Virus record (IMG/VR): IMGVR_UViG_2811995091_000109
Span: 1 to 64,000 of that record
From: an uncultured virus (IMG/VR IMGVR_UViG_2811995091_000109)
Lineage: Duplodnaviria; Heunggongvirae; Uroviricota; Caudoviricetes
Direction: 5' to 3' (one strand)
Length of the DNA: 64,000 nucleotides
Positions 38,801 through 48,461 of this stretch are shown here, piece by piece; within the stretch, counting starts at the first letter, position 1, and each line of letters starts with the position of its first letter. Position numbers and translations under genes: made by a program. The notes beneath the pieces are model-generated. The model made no database searches and was not told the DNA's origin. It saw only the letters and a list, made by a program, of their open reading frames with translations.

Positions 38801-41800
38801 TGTTTCAAATTTTGAAATAGCCAAATTGATAATGCTTAAAGAGTCCTCGGAAAGGATTTGGCCCTCCTCATCTTCTTCCTCAACAGCTCTTACGACTATT
38901 TCTACCATAGATTTGGCAAGACTCGACATGCTTATACTGCCAGCGGGGCCATCTTCGGCATCCAGAAACTCCTTTGAAAACGGAATAGGTCTTCCCGTCA
39001 AGGATCCTCTTATCTCCAAAGTAGTTGATATATCTAGCCAATCTTGTATAGTCTCTACAAAAGATTTGAGCATCATTCCTACCGGAGTTGTTGCTCGAAT
39101 AATTCCTTCGGATCCACCATAATCGCTGCGTCCTCCCATGATAGATGGACCGCTTGTTTCAAAGTTTTTCTTTGCCGCCTTTGTTCCGGCATCAACCCCC
39201 TTCGGCTTTCCTTCAGCATCATTTTTAGACCCACCTAATGCGCCTTCGCTATTATTTTCGATTTCCAATATCGTATCTACGTCACGCGCTTCTCTCTGTC
39301 TTGCAGAACTTAAGTCATAAGATTCCTCAGACCCCCAAATATAATTCTTAGGAACTGATCCAAAGCTATAAAAGGCATTAGGTTTTTCTGGATCTTTAAA
39401 TATAATCCTTCCTACATCATCTACTCTTCCGACCCATTCTTCATAATTATATTTTATTTCCTCTTCGCTGCCAAACATTGAGCTTTCTTCTACCGGGACA
39501 ATGTATCTATCTCCATTCTTGCTTAATAGCTTGATTGTTCTTCCAAAGTTATCTGCGCCCTCTGACGTGAGTATTCCAGAATTAACAATATCATCTAATA
39601 AGTATCTAGATCTTCTTTTGTTTCTAATGTTAATACCAGTATGTGTTTTAGCAAAATAAACAGAGTCTCTGATTGTAAACTTATGATTATGGGAACAGAC
39701 CAGCTTTATGTCTCCTAATAAGTCCATACGATTAAAGCTAGCACCACTAAGGCTTATTTCTAAATTCACAGGGGCTGCCATAGCCAAGGCTAAGATATGT
39801 GATATCTTGCTAAGTCTTCCAGACTCTTCTAGCTCGGCAATTGCAACTTCTGGGCTCAATATATTTGAGATAAAAGGAGAAACATCACTAATGTCTACCC
39901 CAAGAGAAAAGAGGGTTTCGACTAAATTCAGCATCTTTTCGCCAAGAAGCGGATCATCTTTTGCCTGTTCCATTAAAGTTTTAAGAATTCTAGGCAGGGA
40001 GCCTTCTTCGTTTAAATCTCTAGAGAAAGACGACAAACTTGTTTGAGATCCGCACACTAAATACGACATTGTTCCAGGAGTTAACTCTGCATGTGACCCA
40101 TCGGCATTAACTGGAGGATATGTTTGTGGCAAATTACCCCTGATTGGAGCAAGGCGCTCTTCTGATGCCGGCCCAGCTATAGGGCTTGCGATGTAAGAAT
40201 ATTTTTTCAAAAACTCTTTTGCTATAATTCGCTCTAATGCAGACTTCGTAGTATCTTCTACTTCTGATCGAGGGCCTGCTGTTGCCACAGCAGCTGCTAT
40301 TTCAGACGCAGGTATTCTTGTGGGACAATTAAAATATTTGTTTGAGAACTTCCAGCCTCCACCTCTTCTTTTTTCAAGCTCCCTCAAAAACTCTTGCTTC
40401 CTGCCCTCCTCAAGAAAGCCTCCCTTTACAGCTTCGTCTAATTTTAATTCAAATAATTCATTTGGACTTATATCTTTCGTTTCTGCGCGAACAGCTTGCA
40501 AGCTTGCGGGAGAGACATTCGCACTGCCTTCTTGAAGAAGGGGGGTGGGGTCCAGAAAGAGACCGCATTCAAAATCTGACTTTCCCTTATTAAGCCTTTG
40601 CAATGATTGAGGTCTATCCAAAACTTTCGTATACGGACATTTAAACTTGATGTTAGAAACTTGACCAGTTCTCGTAGGAACCTTCCTGGCCCCAAGCTGC
40701 CTCAAGGCCCAGGCTCGTCGCTGGATGCCCTCTATATGCTCCCCCTTGGCCCCGGAATGCACCAATGCTTCGATCTCATCCCAAGTTTTGCCGCCAGCTT
40801 CTTCTTTTGCAGACAACGTAGGAGGGGTGTCAAACACTCTCAGTGTCGCCCCGTCATCCTCTAATCTTAGTTCTTCGTTTGTTATAAGGCTTCCATCCTT
40901 TCTGAACAAGCTGTAAATATCTGTTTGATACTCAGAATAATCTTGTATACGGATAGGCTCTCTTCTTCCTGAGCCTCTTGGCGTATCTTGACGCTTTCTT
41001 GTATATATGTTTTTTCCGCAAACAGAGCAAGAAGCATAATTCCAACTAGTAGTTACTATATTAAATCCTTTTTGATATGCTGCTTCTTGCAAGGTCTTTC
41101 TTCGAATAGACCCAGCTAAATAATAACAAAAAGAAGCCTTAGACCAGCCTCCGCTCTTCTTCTTGTTAAAGAACATTTTTATTTTATTTTTTAACTGTCT
41201 ATGAAAAATATCTTCAAACGTATCTCTTAAGCGGGTATCGTAATTCTCAAAGAATTTTTTATCGACACCATATCCAAATTGATGAATATCTCCTTCTACA
41301 TCTACAAATACAATAGATTTAGCCAAACCAAATAAGAGCTTAAATATTTGTGAGTTTTCATCTCTGACAACTCTTGATAATTCGTATGCTTTTCTCGCAA
41401 CAGGATCTGAAGCAACAAACCCTTGTTTCATCAAGTCATAAACCAAAGCAGTTAAATAATCATCTCTTTTTTTAATGGCAGAAACAATGTCGTCCAAAGC
41501 ATTAGCAAAGGCTCTTCTGTGCCTTTCGTATCCATCTATTTTTTCGTCAACTTGTTCGACGGCTATATTAAAAAGAGAACCTTTGCTTTTGGCAACAGCA
41601 TCATCCAATGCTTGTAATCGACTCACAATCGTTTCTCTCACTATATTTAAATTATTTACAGCCAATACAAGCTGCGGAGGATTAGTGGAGTCATCTATCT
41701 CAAAACCTCTTGCTTTCTCTCCAAGCCTTTTAAAGACTTCATGAAAATTTAAAGCAGTAACTGTATCATCTTCTTCCTGGCTTTTTAGCAATCTTTCTGA

Positions 41801-42490
41801 ATAAGTTAGCTCTGAATCTTCGCTTTCGAAAAATTCTTGAGATATGTTCATGTTGTTATATATGTTTTGATCTAAATTAAGTTTATCTAAAATCCTAAAA
41901 GTCTTTCTTTTTATAGGACCAGAGATAGGCTCTATCTCTAAACCTTTTTCTTGAGGCCCAGGCTTATCTGTCGGGCCTGACAAGGCAGCAGAAATACTTA
42001 AAAACTTATCTTCGACAAACTCTATAAATCCATATTCTTTAATAAAGAATTCTGCTTGAACGCTGAAAGGCTCAAGGCTTTGAAGGTTTAATCTAGACTC
42101 ACCAATTAACTGCACCAGAGCTTGGTCTACGCCTGATAATCCATTAGCATCAAAAGATGCTTTCAACGAATCAGTCAAACTCTTAATGGGGGATTCGTCT
42201 AAAGGGCTTTCGGATTCTTCTGTTTGAAAGGCATCTTCGTCAAAATCATCGCCTTCTTCTTCAAATATGACTCCACCAAAAAGGTCTTCACCAAGTTCTT
42301 TTGGACCTTCGTCTTCATAGCCCTCGTCAACCTCTCCCTCTTCTTGATCTCCTGAGACCATTAGAGACGCCAACTCTATTACAGATTTTAGATTAGAATG
42401 CAAGTTTCCCAAAACAACAGAAAATTCATCTAAAGCTTCTTCTTTTATTCCTAAATCTTTTTTGATTTCATGAATTTTATTAACGTCCAT
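35858..42490 (-). CDS. Giant hypothetical protein (2210 aa) with dispersed Cys motifs
   Basis: Uninterrupted 6.6 kb ORF; CSVC, KCPY, ECG, NCP, VCG, CSHNH. Confidence 0.75.
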   Translation of the reverse strand: MDVNKIHEIKKDLGIKEEALDEFSVVLGNLHSNLKSVIELASLMVSGDQEEGEVDEGYEDEGPKELGEDLFGGVIFEEEGDDFDEDAFQTEESESPLDESPIKSLTDSLKASFDANGLSGVDQALVQLIGESRLNLQSLEPFSVQAEFFIKEYGFIEFVEDKFLSISAALSGPTDKPGPQEKGLEIEPISGPIKRKTFRILDKLNLDQNIYNNMNISQEFFESEDSELTYSERLLKSQEEDDTVTALNFHEVFKRLGEKARGFEIDDSTNPPQLVLAVNNLNIVRETIVSRLQALDDAVAKSKGSLFNIAVEQVDEKIDGYERHRRAFANALDDIVSAIKKRDDYLTALVYDLMKQGFVASDPVARKAYELSRVVRDENSQIFKLLFGLAKSIVFVDVEGDIHQFGYGVDKKFFENYDTRLRDTFEDIFHRQLKNKIKMFFNKKKSGGWSKASFCYYLAGSIRRKTLQEAAYQKGFNIVTTSWNYASCSVCGKNIYTRKRQDTPRGSGRREPIRIQDYSEYQTDIYSLFRKDGSLITNEELRLEDDGATLRVFDTPPTLSAKEEAGGKTWDEIEALVHSGAKGEHIEGIQRRAWALRQLGARKVPTRTGQVSNIKFKCPYTKVLDRPQSLQRLNKGKSDFECGLFLDPTPLLQEGSANVSPASLQAVRAETKDISPNELFELKLDEAVKGGFLEEGRKQEFLRELEKRRGGGWKFSNKYFNCPTRIPASEIAAAVATAGPRSEVEDTTKSALERIIAKEFLKKYSYIASPIAGPASEERLAPIRGNLPQTYPPVNADGSHAELTPGTMSYLVCGSQTSLSSFSRDLNEEGSLPRILKTLMEQAKDDPLLGEKMLNLVETLFSLGVDISDVSPFISNILSPEVAIAELEESGRLSKISHILALAMAAPVNLEISLSGASFNRMDLLGDIKLVCSHNHKFTIRDSVYFAKTHTGINIRNKRRSRYLLDDIVNSGILTSEGADNFGRTIKLLSKNGDRYIVPVEESSMFGSEEEIKYNYEEWVGRVDDVGRIIFKDPEKPNAFYSFGSVPKNYIWGSEESYDLSSARQREARDVDTILEIENNSEGALGGSKNDAEGKPKGVDAGTKAAKKNFETSGPSIMGGRSDYGGSEGIIRATTPVGMMLKSFVETIQDWLDISTTLEIRGSLTGRPIPFSKEFLDAEDGPAGSISMSSLAKSMVEIVVRAVEEEDEEGQILSEDSLSIINLAISKFETDYLLALENVDVRLLSSIGRPLNERILKNIASSIMSAIGEYFGAMDEGNATALSAYREFLFEHNTNKIDVENILSLEYAGKDFSSLLEQFKASLIPDLGREGARRILYDPLAVKQKGAGVDKQYYQEGVPQKGEGITDKIAKMKGKHFMARVLSASSALYLADAISYIYNFHMRDSKSREYIGYDIGVDLSSSDKVLALSRGDTGQITVGVDRVTAEKIDDNAQIFYELYFDNIADCVELIKNEMFLLRTACTSSKYMNKAIDYINNHFNELIDKLEASEPSEDLQRAKDVVNKVLTNEPFTTVDLSPSGKYRKFFGGSGNNKELIPPQDAHSIMPLFGTYLVDYNGGGDYYPIFALTGKGNVYHNFDINIPEPIMVKGLYVLSSKELPNAIELEDIYDRLPEVYQKNGWKIYSVNLGRQKDEYSLAKGSKNEGFKKGISLIYHPATGRVVPDGSEDVIGYRNDEFQFDSSQAIHLGSLAMRDGKDNLFPPSPLDGISDVGIPIPLDYENLDSDKLRASRKLFPVVGSRIPISLPTSVPGVPIELDISDLLMRDPPETALSILRRIGAVYQTYKVDLKQAISGGATTTHQTKIKDRYRKIISGLFSSYRGLPYYIANAKSGTKRERKKSGYRFGDTPEEAVAATTSASDQAYKYSPRVSSYIPLVDWVTMHKMIFGEQFGPSWGGHQLWEEEDGDETVNERKESIEQFIINVHGLDKLSVLIGERLDRVRGVERGTTYIDPTDLLNPDERLFKRGVITPQECRDLFDYEIGKDTFTTDDGTPWMRLRPESRRDISSDAGQKMFKHFGRWVKGTNTYYPIGTKDETDSVTGDPHAYIKIMNVIFPSNKLGKDDKMTPRERMKRVRDSESPDILNVKDLYSHSIISGEGTDVQYYPVPKNPDEVKKYLEKLSKVRHISVQRHAEAISEYLIEYITEDLFSSLNKEGVYKFNKIKYSKKLKKDIYRNGIIKNAKLYTLWKFLTN

Positions 42491-42497
42491 AAATCTA

Positions 42498-43850
42498 TTA
42501 TCCCTTGATATCCCTGACTCTATTCATTCTATATTCTCTTTCCTTATCTTTTAAAGTAATAGGAGAAAAAATATCTTTATAATCATTTTTTATTTCTTTT
42601 ATTAGTAACTCTATCCATTCATAAGCTTCTTTTATATGTTCAGATTCAGACCTAGTTGCAGAAATAAAAATCTTACTTGATTCAGAGCAAATAGAAATAT
42701 TGCCTTTTTCTGATTTATTTATACTATCTAAAATGATTGGATCATCAAAATCAATCTCATCAACCAGGGAAGACTGGTCGAGTTCCAGCATAGACAAGAC
42801 TTCTCTTAGAAGAAATTTATTATTTATATTTTCATTAAATGTCCATATTGGCTTTGTTGAAATTGTCTTAAAATATTTGCCATTAAGATTATAATTAAAA
42901 AAATCTTTTTCCATAATAGATCTTATTGAAATGCCACTATCTGTCCATAGGTCTAAATATAATAAAGTTATGGATTCATTTCCTGTTCGCTCCATCGGGG
43001 TAATAATTCCAAACCCTCTCTTCACAAACTTTTTATTTATAAAAGCTTTATTCTTTTTGAAAAATAATTTATCACTCTGCAATATTCGTTTAACAAAATA
43101 ATTGCCAGGATATTTGTCCATCAAGTTTACCAGAGGATAAATTGTATGTACAAAGTTATTATGCCCCAACGTGCCATTGATCAATAAGGGAACTTCTTTT
43201 ATTCCATTATTATAATGTTTATAAATATTATGATTAATATCTACAAATAAATTATCTAAAATTTTTCTTATATTTTCATAAGACTCAAAGGAAGAATCCT
43301 TAAAATCATATGTATCATTTATCTTCTTTATTTCGTGATAAATAAATCTAGATAAACAGTACGTAAGAATTTGAATTCTTGCTCGCTTCTTTGCAAGATG
43401 AACACCTTCGGCCTCTGTCAGGCTGTCTATGCCTATAGATAGATCTTTTTTATTATTACTTTTTAGTTTTGACTTTATATATTCATCTTGCAATAAATTA
43501 ATTTTTTTTATTTTAACATCTAAAAGATATTTATATAAATCTTCATAATATTTTATTTTTTTCTTTAAGATTAAAATTTGTTGANTAGAAACTGCAATNG
43601 TTTTAAAAACACTATTTTTTGCAAATCTTTTTTCGAATTGCCCTCNATCTGTTTTGAACANAGAAATNGCATCNCTAAGTCCNTNTANGTCTTTAAANTC
43701 AATTTTTTCAAAAGGATATTCTAAAAAATCTTTTTCAATAGAAATAAGCCTGTATGTATAATTTTTGTTTGGTCTTTTTTCTAAAACAGAAATTTTATAT
43801 CTAGAAATATCTTTTTCATTTTTTATATATTTTATAAAATTATCATTCAT
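42498..43850 (-). CDS. Hypothetical protein (Lys/Ile-rich)
   Basis: 450-aa ORF, very AT-rich, contains ambiguous bases. Confidence 0.6.
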   Translation of the reverse strand: MNDNFIKYIKNEKDISRYKISVLEKRPNKNYTYRLISIEKDFLEYPFEKIXFKDXXGLXDXISXFKTDXGQFEKRFAKNSVFKXIAVSXQQILILKKKIKYYEDLYKYLLDVKIKKINLLQDEYIKSKLKSNNKKDLSIGIDSLTEAEGVHLAKKRARIQILTYCLSRFIYHEIKKINDTYDFKDSSFESYENIRKILDNLFVDINHNIYKHYNNGIKEVPLLINGTLGHNNFVHTIYPLVNLMDKYPGNYFVKRILQSDKLFFKKNKAFINKKFVKRGFGIITPMERTGNESITLLYLDLWTDSGISIRSIMEKDFFNYNLNGKYFKTISTKPIWTFNENINNKFLLREVLSMLELDQSSLVDEIDFDDPIILDSINKSEKGNISICSESSKIFISATRSESEHIKEAYEWIELLIKEIKNDYKDIFSPITLKDKEREYRMNRVRDIKG

Positions 43851-43852
43851 TT

Positions 43853-44650
43853 TTATTTAAGATAATCAGATAATAAATCATTTATTATTTTATACCTATT
43901 AAGCTTCTTTAGTCTCATGCTTGCAGCCCAACCTGTAAGGCCAACTTCTTTTGCTGCATCTTTTATAGAGTGCCCTTCTAGACACACCATTTTTAATATT
44001 ATATAAGTTTTTTCATCAATTATTTTTGATAGCTTTTCNATTGTAAGCTCTAAATCAATTCTNTCAAGNGCTGANCCTCCNTTNNNATANAGATTATCAG
44101 CATTAGANAGNCCATTNTCAAACTCAGCATACTCNTCTCCGCTNNTTGGATCNGTCTTAGGCATTGCGCTAAAAACAAGTTCCTCTCTTGACTTTCTATA
44201 ATTTGGCTTATATTCTTTCTCACATTGTTCACAACCATATCTTGTAATTAGAGAATTGTTTTCTGGGCATCTTTTTTTGGAAAACGATATAAGTCCACCA
44301 CATTCACACATTTCAGACTCTGCTTTTTCATAAAGACTATAGGCATCATTTGAAAGCTTGTTAACGCTTTTTATTTTGGAGACCAATTTATTTCTAAGAT
44401 GAGTGTGCAAAAAGGTGCTAAGTTTAACTTTCTTTTCTGGATCATAAGCATTAACTCCTTCAATTATAATAAGAGCCAATTCTTGCTTTATGTCTTCAAA
44501 GTTATATCCTGGCATATATGTTTTGGAGGCCCACTTGCATAACAATGGGTCAATACGCTCAAGAACTCTAGCGTAACCTTCTTTTGTTTGAGTGTTTATA
44601 TAAACATCTTCATCATACATTCTTACGACACCCTCAAAAACATCTTTCAT
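43853..44650 (-). CDS. RNA polymerase sigma-70-family factor with Cys-rich insertion
   Basis: Region 2: EDIKQE...AYDPEKKVKLSTFLHTHLRNKL. Region 4: LEGHSIKDAAKEVGLT. Insert CECG..C..CEQC. Start moved to ATG 44650 (RBS AGGAGG). Confidence 0.85.
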   Translation of the reverse strand: MKDVFEGVVRMYDEDVYINTQTKEGYARVLERIDPLLCKWASKTYMPGYNFEDIKQELALIIIEGVNAYDPEKKVKLSTFLHTHLRNKLVSKIKSVNKLSNDAYSLYEKAESEMCECGGLISFSKKRCPENNSLITRYGCEQCEKEYKPNYRKSREELVFSAMPKXDPXSGXEYAEFXNXXSNADNXYXXGXSXLXRIDLELTXEKLSKIIDEKTYIILKMVCLEGHSIKDAAKEVGLTGWAASMRLKKLNRYKIINDLLSDYLK

Positions 44651-44658
44651 ATTTCCTC

Positions 44659-45423
44659 CTATTCTGCCCAAGCATCTTGACATATTGGTTTATAGTCACA
44701 CCATTGACAAAGTATCGATGGCTTTTTAACCCAGGTTGTATCTATGTCAATAAAACCTGCTTTTTTTGTAATTAATTTTTTACAATTATCTAAATCATTT
44801 AATGTAAAAGTATAATCATATGATTTGCAGTTATGCTTAAGCATAACATATGATCCATGAATAACCTCTGCATCTTTATAAACTCTTCTTAAAGCTTCGG
44901 AATAAACAAGGAGTTGAAAATCTGATAAATACTTGGCACTCTTGCTAGTCTTGTAATCAACAACTCTATACTCTTTTGGGCCAACCTTATCGACTCTGTC
45001 TATAAAGCCCCTTACCAGAGTGTCTTTATTTATTTTAAAGTTGAATGGAAGCTCCACTCCAAGAACATTTGGCATGCCCTCTCTTCTAACCTTATCTAAG
45101 TAGACTTGCATAATATCTCTTAAACAAAGCAAACCTGGCATCTCCCCATTCGGAGTCCACACAGGCTCTTCTAAAATCTTTATGTCGAATTTTTTAACAG
45201 CATTCTTAAAACACTCTTTCATCAATATTGAATATTGATTTTCTGGAATATTTTTGGAAATTAGTTCTTTATGAAAAAGCTCTAAAACCATATGGGCGCA
45301 TGACCCGAATTCTGTAAAGCCCCACGTATTCTTTTGAACATCGGGCTTTTCTATATATCTATAATGATATTTCTTAGGACACTTTTCATAGGTATCCATT
45401 GATGATACTGATAACTTTAACAA
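44659..45423 (-). CDS. PD-(D/E)XK nuclease, RecB/AddB/Cas4-like with four-Cys (Fe-S) staple
   Basis: LSVS..TYEKCP, GFIDRVD, VVDYKT, QLLVY, C-x2-C-x5-C. Confidence 0.88.
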   Translation of the reverse strand: MLKLSVSSMDTYEKCPKKYHYRYIEKPDVQKNTWGFTEFGSCAHMVLELFHKELISKNIPENQYSILMKECFKNAVKKFDIKILEEPVWTPNGEMPGLLCLRDIMQVYLDKVRREGMPNVLGVELPFNFKINKDTLVRGFIDRVDKVGPKEYRVVDYKTSKSAKYLSDFQLLVYSEALRRVYKDAEVIHGSYVMLKHNCKSYDYTFTLNDLDNCKKLITKKAGFIDIDTTWVKKPSILCQWCDYKPICQDAWAE

Positions 45424-45444
45424 AACAAACTCCTTAAACGGATA

Positions 45445-46320
45445 TTAAAATAACTGACTCAAAGCCCTATCTTGTATCCATCTAAAAACAAATGGATGGA
45501 CCATAGTAGGGCCAATGCTTAGTGTTTCTTTGTCTATTTTCTGAACAGACTTTATCCATCTAGACTCTAGGTTTTCCCAATAATAAGAAATATACAGACC
45601 ATTAACTGGGTTGTAAAAACTTCTTACATAGTTCCCCGTAACGATAGGCTCTTTCTCTCCAAGCCTTTCGTTATAAAATTTGCTAACTGGATCAAAAGTA
45701 TTATAAGGCCGATTAACTATTTTGACAACCTGATTTTCGAAAGCCTCATCGGTAGAGCCGTCTATTATAATAAACTTTGCAGAAGGATCAAATTCTACAT
45801 TATCGTTTGGTGTTGATTGAATCGTCTCCGCATCTTGGGCTGGACTCTCAGCAAAATTAACAAACGAAGCAGATGTCTTTTTAGGGTCTAACATAACCCC
45901 TCCAGAGTCTGTTCTTGAGGCTTTTATTTCTAAGTCAGAAAGCTCAACGGCTGTCTCTTGTGCGTCATCACCTTCTGAGTCAANGGATAAACTATCTACA
46001 ATATCTGCTCCATAAGGAATAACCACAATGCCTTCATCCCCAAGGTGCCTTGGTCTATCTAGACTTGTTGAGTCTGTATTATATTCTGTCTCAAGAACTG
46101 ATGATGCATCATCGGAAGATATGGCTATAGCCTTAACGGATATTGAAGATCCGCTTGTCGGCAAATAAACATTTCCAACTGCAATCAAAGAGTCTTCATC
46201 AGGAGTTGTTCCATCCAATGTGTAATAAACCGTAGCTGGCTTGCTCACAGAGAATGTCAAATATTTTGGAAACCCTGATATATATTCTTCAGAACTCTCT
46301 TCCAATGTTAAAACTATCAT
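45445..46320 (-). CDS. Fn3-associated/chitobiase-C-like domain protein (possibly structural)
   Basis: ATVYYTLDGTTP...VKAIAI motif at the N-terminus. Confidence 0.6.
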   Translation of the reverse strand: MIVLTLEESSEEYISGFPKYLTFSVSKPATVYYTLDGTTPDEDSLIAVGNVYLPTSGSSISVKAIAISSDDASSVLETEYNTDSTSLDRPRHLGDEGIVVIPYGADIVDSLSXDSEGDDAQETAVELSDLEIKASRTDSGGVMLDPKKTSASFVNFAESPAQDAETIQSTPNDNVEFDPSAKFIIIDGSTDEAFENQVVKIVNRPYNTFDPVSKFYNERLGEKEPIVTGNYVRSFYNPVNGLYISYYWENLESRWIKSVQKIDKETLSIGPTMVHPFVFRWIQDRALSQLF

Positions 46321-46355
46321 GATTACCTCGTAGCCTAATTAAAAAAATTAGCATA

Positions 46356-48461
46356 CTATCTAGTGATAAACTCAAGTTCGCTCTCTCCATTTACCTTGGT
46401 AATGTTTATTACATTATCAAACTTTTCTTTTAAAGATTCATCATGTGTAATGACTAATATTTTATATTTATCTTCTAATGACTTAATTACATTTATAAAT
46501 AATGTNTCTACACCAAACCTATCTAATGGAGAATTTACCTCATCCATAAGAAGAAACTCTAAAGATGATCCTCCATATCTGCTTGATATATCACTAAGAG
46601 CTATTCTTAGCGCCAGAGAAATTCTAAACTTTTCCCCTCCACTTAAGGACTTAAAGTTTTGCAGATGACCATCTTTTCTTACTTTCAAATCTAAAGTCTC
46701 AATAATAGATGAGCCATCTGCTCCCAACCTTTGAGTTTCTAATACAATAATTGCTGGCTCATTACAAATTGACGCCAAAATATTGTTAGCAGACTTTTCA
46801 AGATCCTCGATAACAGCGTCTAAAAGAATTGCCTGTATCCCACCTTTCCCGAATATTTTAGATAGCTTGTCGAACAAAGAGGCCTTCTCTAGTTTTTTGG
46901 ATATTTGTTTCTTATCAGCCTTCATCTTAGACTCTTGGCCCTCAAGCAAAGACACCCTCTCTGTCAATCTTCCTATCCTTTTATCTTCTTCTGATATCTT
47001 TTTAACAACTTTATCTTTTTCTTCATTTAAAGATTTTAATTTTTTTCTTAAACTTTGAAAGTCTTCATTTTTAATAGACTCTAAAATTTCTAAATTAGTT
47101 TTCAAACTAAACTCAACCTCCTGTAAGGAGGTTTCTAATTCGAGCAAGACATTTTCCGAAGTTTTTAAACTAGTTAAAATTAAATCTAATTTATAATTTA
47201 ATGATTCTACATTCAAATTAATATCTTTTAATTCATTATTGTCTTTTCTTATAGAAATCCATTTGTCAACTTCTTTTTCTAAAATTAAAACTTCTTTATT
47301 AGAATCTTTTATTTGATCTTTATATTGACCAATTTTATTATTATGCTCTTTCTTTAATCGCTTAAACAAACTATCGTCAATCTCTTGATTACAAACATAA
47401 CATTCATCAGAAGTTATATTTATATCATTAAGCGAACTAATAAGTTCTTCGGATGAGGACTTCTTAGTTTTATAATGAGAAAGCTGAGACCTAAGATCTT
47501 CTATCTTTCCTTCGGGAATATCTATTATAGACCTTCCCTTTATCTTTTTTATTAAAGCCTTTAATTTTTTATTTATATCTTTTTGATCTATATTATATTT
47601 AACTACAACATCCTTGCTAGATTTTATCTTTCCTTCGTAAAGCTCTTTGTCTTGCTTTAAAGACTTAATCTGTTCAATAACTCTATCATATGTATCTGTA
47701 TCTAAGGATTTCTTTATAACTGTATACTTTCTGCTTAACGAATCAATCTCAGAAAATAAACTCTTTTTTCTCAAGATAAGAGAATCTGATTGAATCTTTG
47801 CTTCTTTTATTTCTATTTTTGAAACTTGAAGCTTTTCAAGCACAGCATCATACTCTTCAACAGACTTCTTTAAAACTTTGCAATCCATATTTATATCTCT
47901 AGACTTCTTTCTAGAGGCCTTTTCGTAATCATCCCAACGTGATATGTCTACTATAGATTTAAGAATGTCCTTCTTTTTAGAAGGCTCGGACTCTGCAAAT
48001 TCAGAGATATCATTTTGTCTGAAATAAACTGAATTTATAAAAGTTTTGCTGTCTAACTTTATTGTTGATTCTATCTTTTCGTTTGTATCTCCCGAAGTAG
48101 AGCAAGATATATCTTGCCACTCACCTGCTTTGTCCAGGATAAAGAATTCAACAACAGATGTCGAGTTCATTCTGCATCTGGTTCTATTGACCATATAGCT
48201 TGAATCGCCATGCTTAAACTCTAAAGTGACAGAACAAGATGTTTCTCCCCATCTTATTATATCATCCATCATTGCGGCTCTTGACTTATTAAACAAGCAC
48301 CACAAAACCCCTTCAAAGATTGCGCTCTTACCGGATCCATTTGACTTTCTGTAATCGCCTTCTGTATTTCCAATGAGAAGGGCAGAGCTAAATTTTGAAA
48401 AATCTATTTCACTATCTTTGTGAGAAAAGAAGTTTTTCATTTTAAGATTAGAAGGTATCAT
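46356..48461 (-). CDS. sbcC: SbcC/Rad50-like SMC ATPase
   Basis: NFFSH, NGSGKS, coiled coils with CYVC zinc hook, LSGGE, LLMDE, ITH. Confidence 0.93.
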   Translation of the reverse strand: MIPSNLKMKNFFSHKDSEIDFSKFSSALLIGNTEGDYRKSNGSGKSAIFEGVLWCLFNKSRAAMMDDIIRWGETSCSVTLEFKHGDSSYMVNRTRCRMNSTSVVEFFILDKAGEWQDISCSTSGDTNEKIESTIKLDSKTFINSVYFRQNDISEFAESEPSKKKDILKSIVDISRWDDYEKASRKKSRDINMDCKVLKKSVEEYDAVLEKLQVSKIEIKEAKIQSDSLILRKKSLFSEIDSLSRKYTVIKKSLDTDTYDRVIEQIKSLKQDKELYEGKIKSSKDVVVKYNIDQKDINKKLKALIKKIKGRSIIDIPEGKIEDLRSQLSHYKTKKSSSEELISSLNDINITSDECYVCNQEIDDSLFKRLKKEHNNKIGQYKDQIKDSNKEVLILEKEVDKWISIRKDNNELKDINLNVESLNYKLDLILTSLKTSENVLLELETSLQEVEFSLKTNLEILESIKNEDFQSLRKKLKSLNEEKDKVVKKISEEDKRIGRLTERVSLLEGQESKMKADKKQISKKLEKASLFDKLSKIFGKGGIQAILLDAVIEDLEKSANNILASICNEPAIIVLETQRLGADGSSIIETLDLKVRKDGHLQNFKSLSGGEKFRISLALRIALSDISSRYGGSSLEFLLMDEVNSPLDRFGVXTLFINVIKSLEDKYKILVITHDESLKEKFDNVINITKVNGESELEFITR

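Noticed and set aside
43585..44155. N clusters as diversity-generating retroelement variable regions
   Set aside because: Ambiguities are mostly at synonymous positions, and no template repeat or reverse transcriptase is visible.
44659..45423. Cas4 / CRISPR-Cas system
   Set aside because: No repeat-spacer array or other cas gene is seen; solo Cas4/RecB-like nucleases are common in phage recombination modules.
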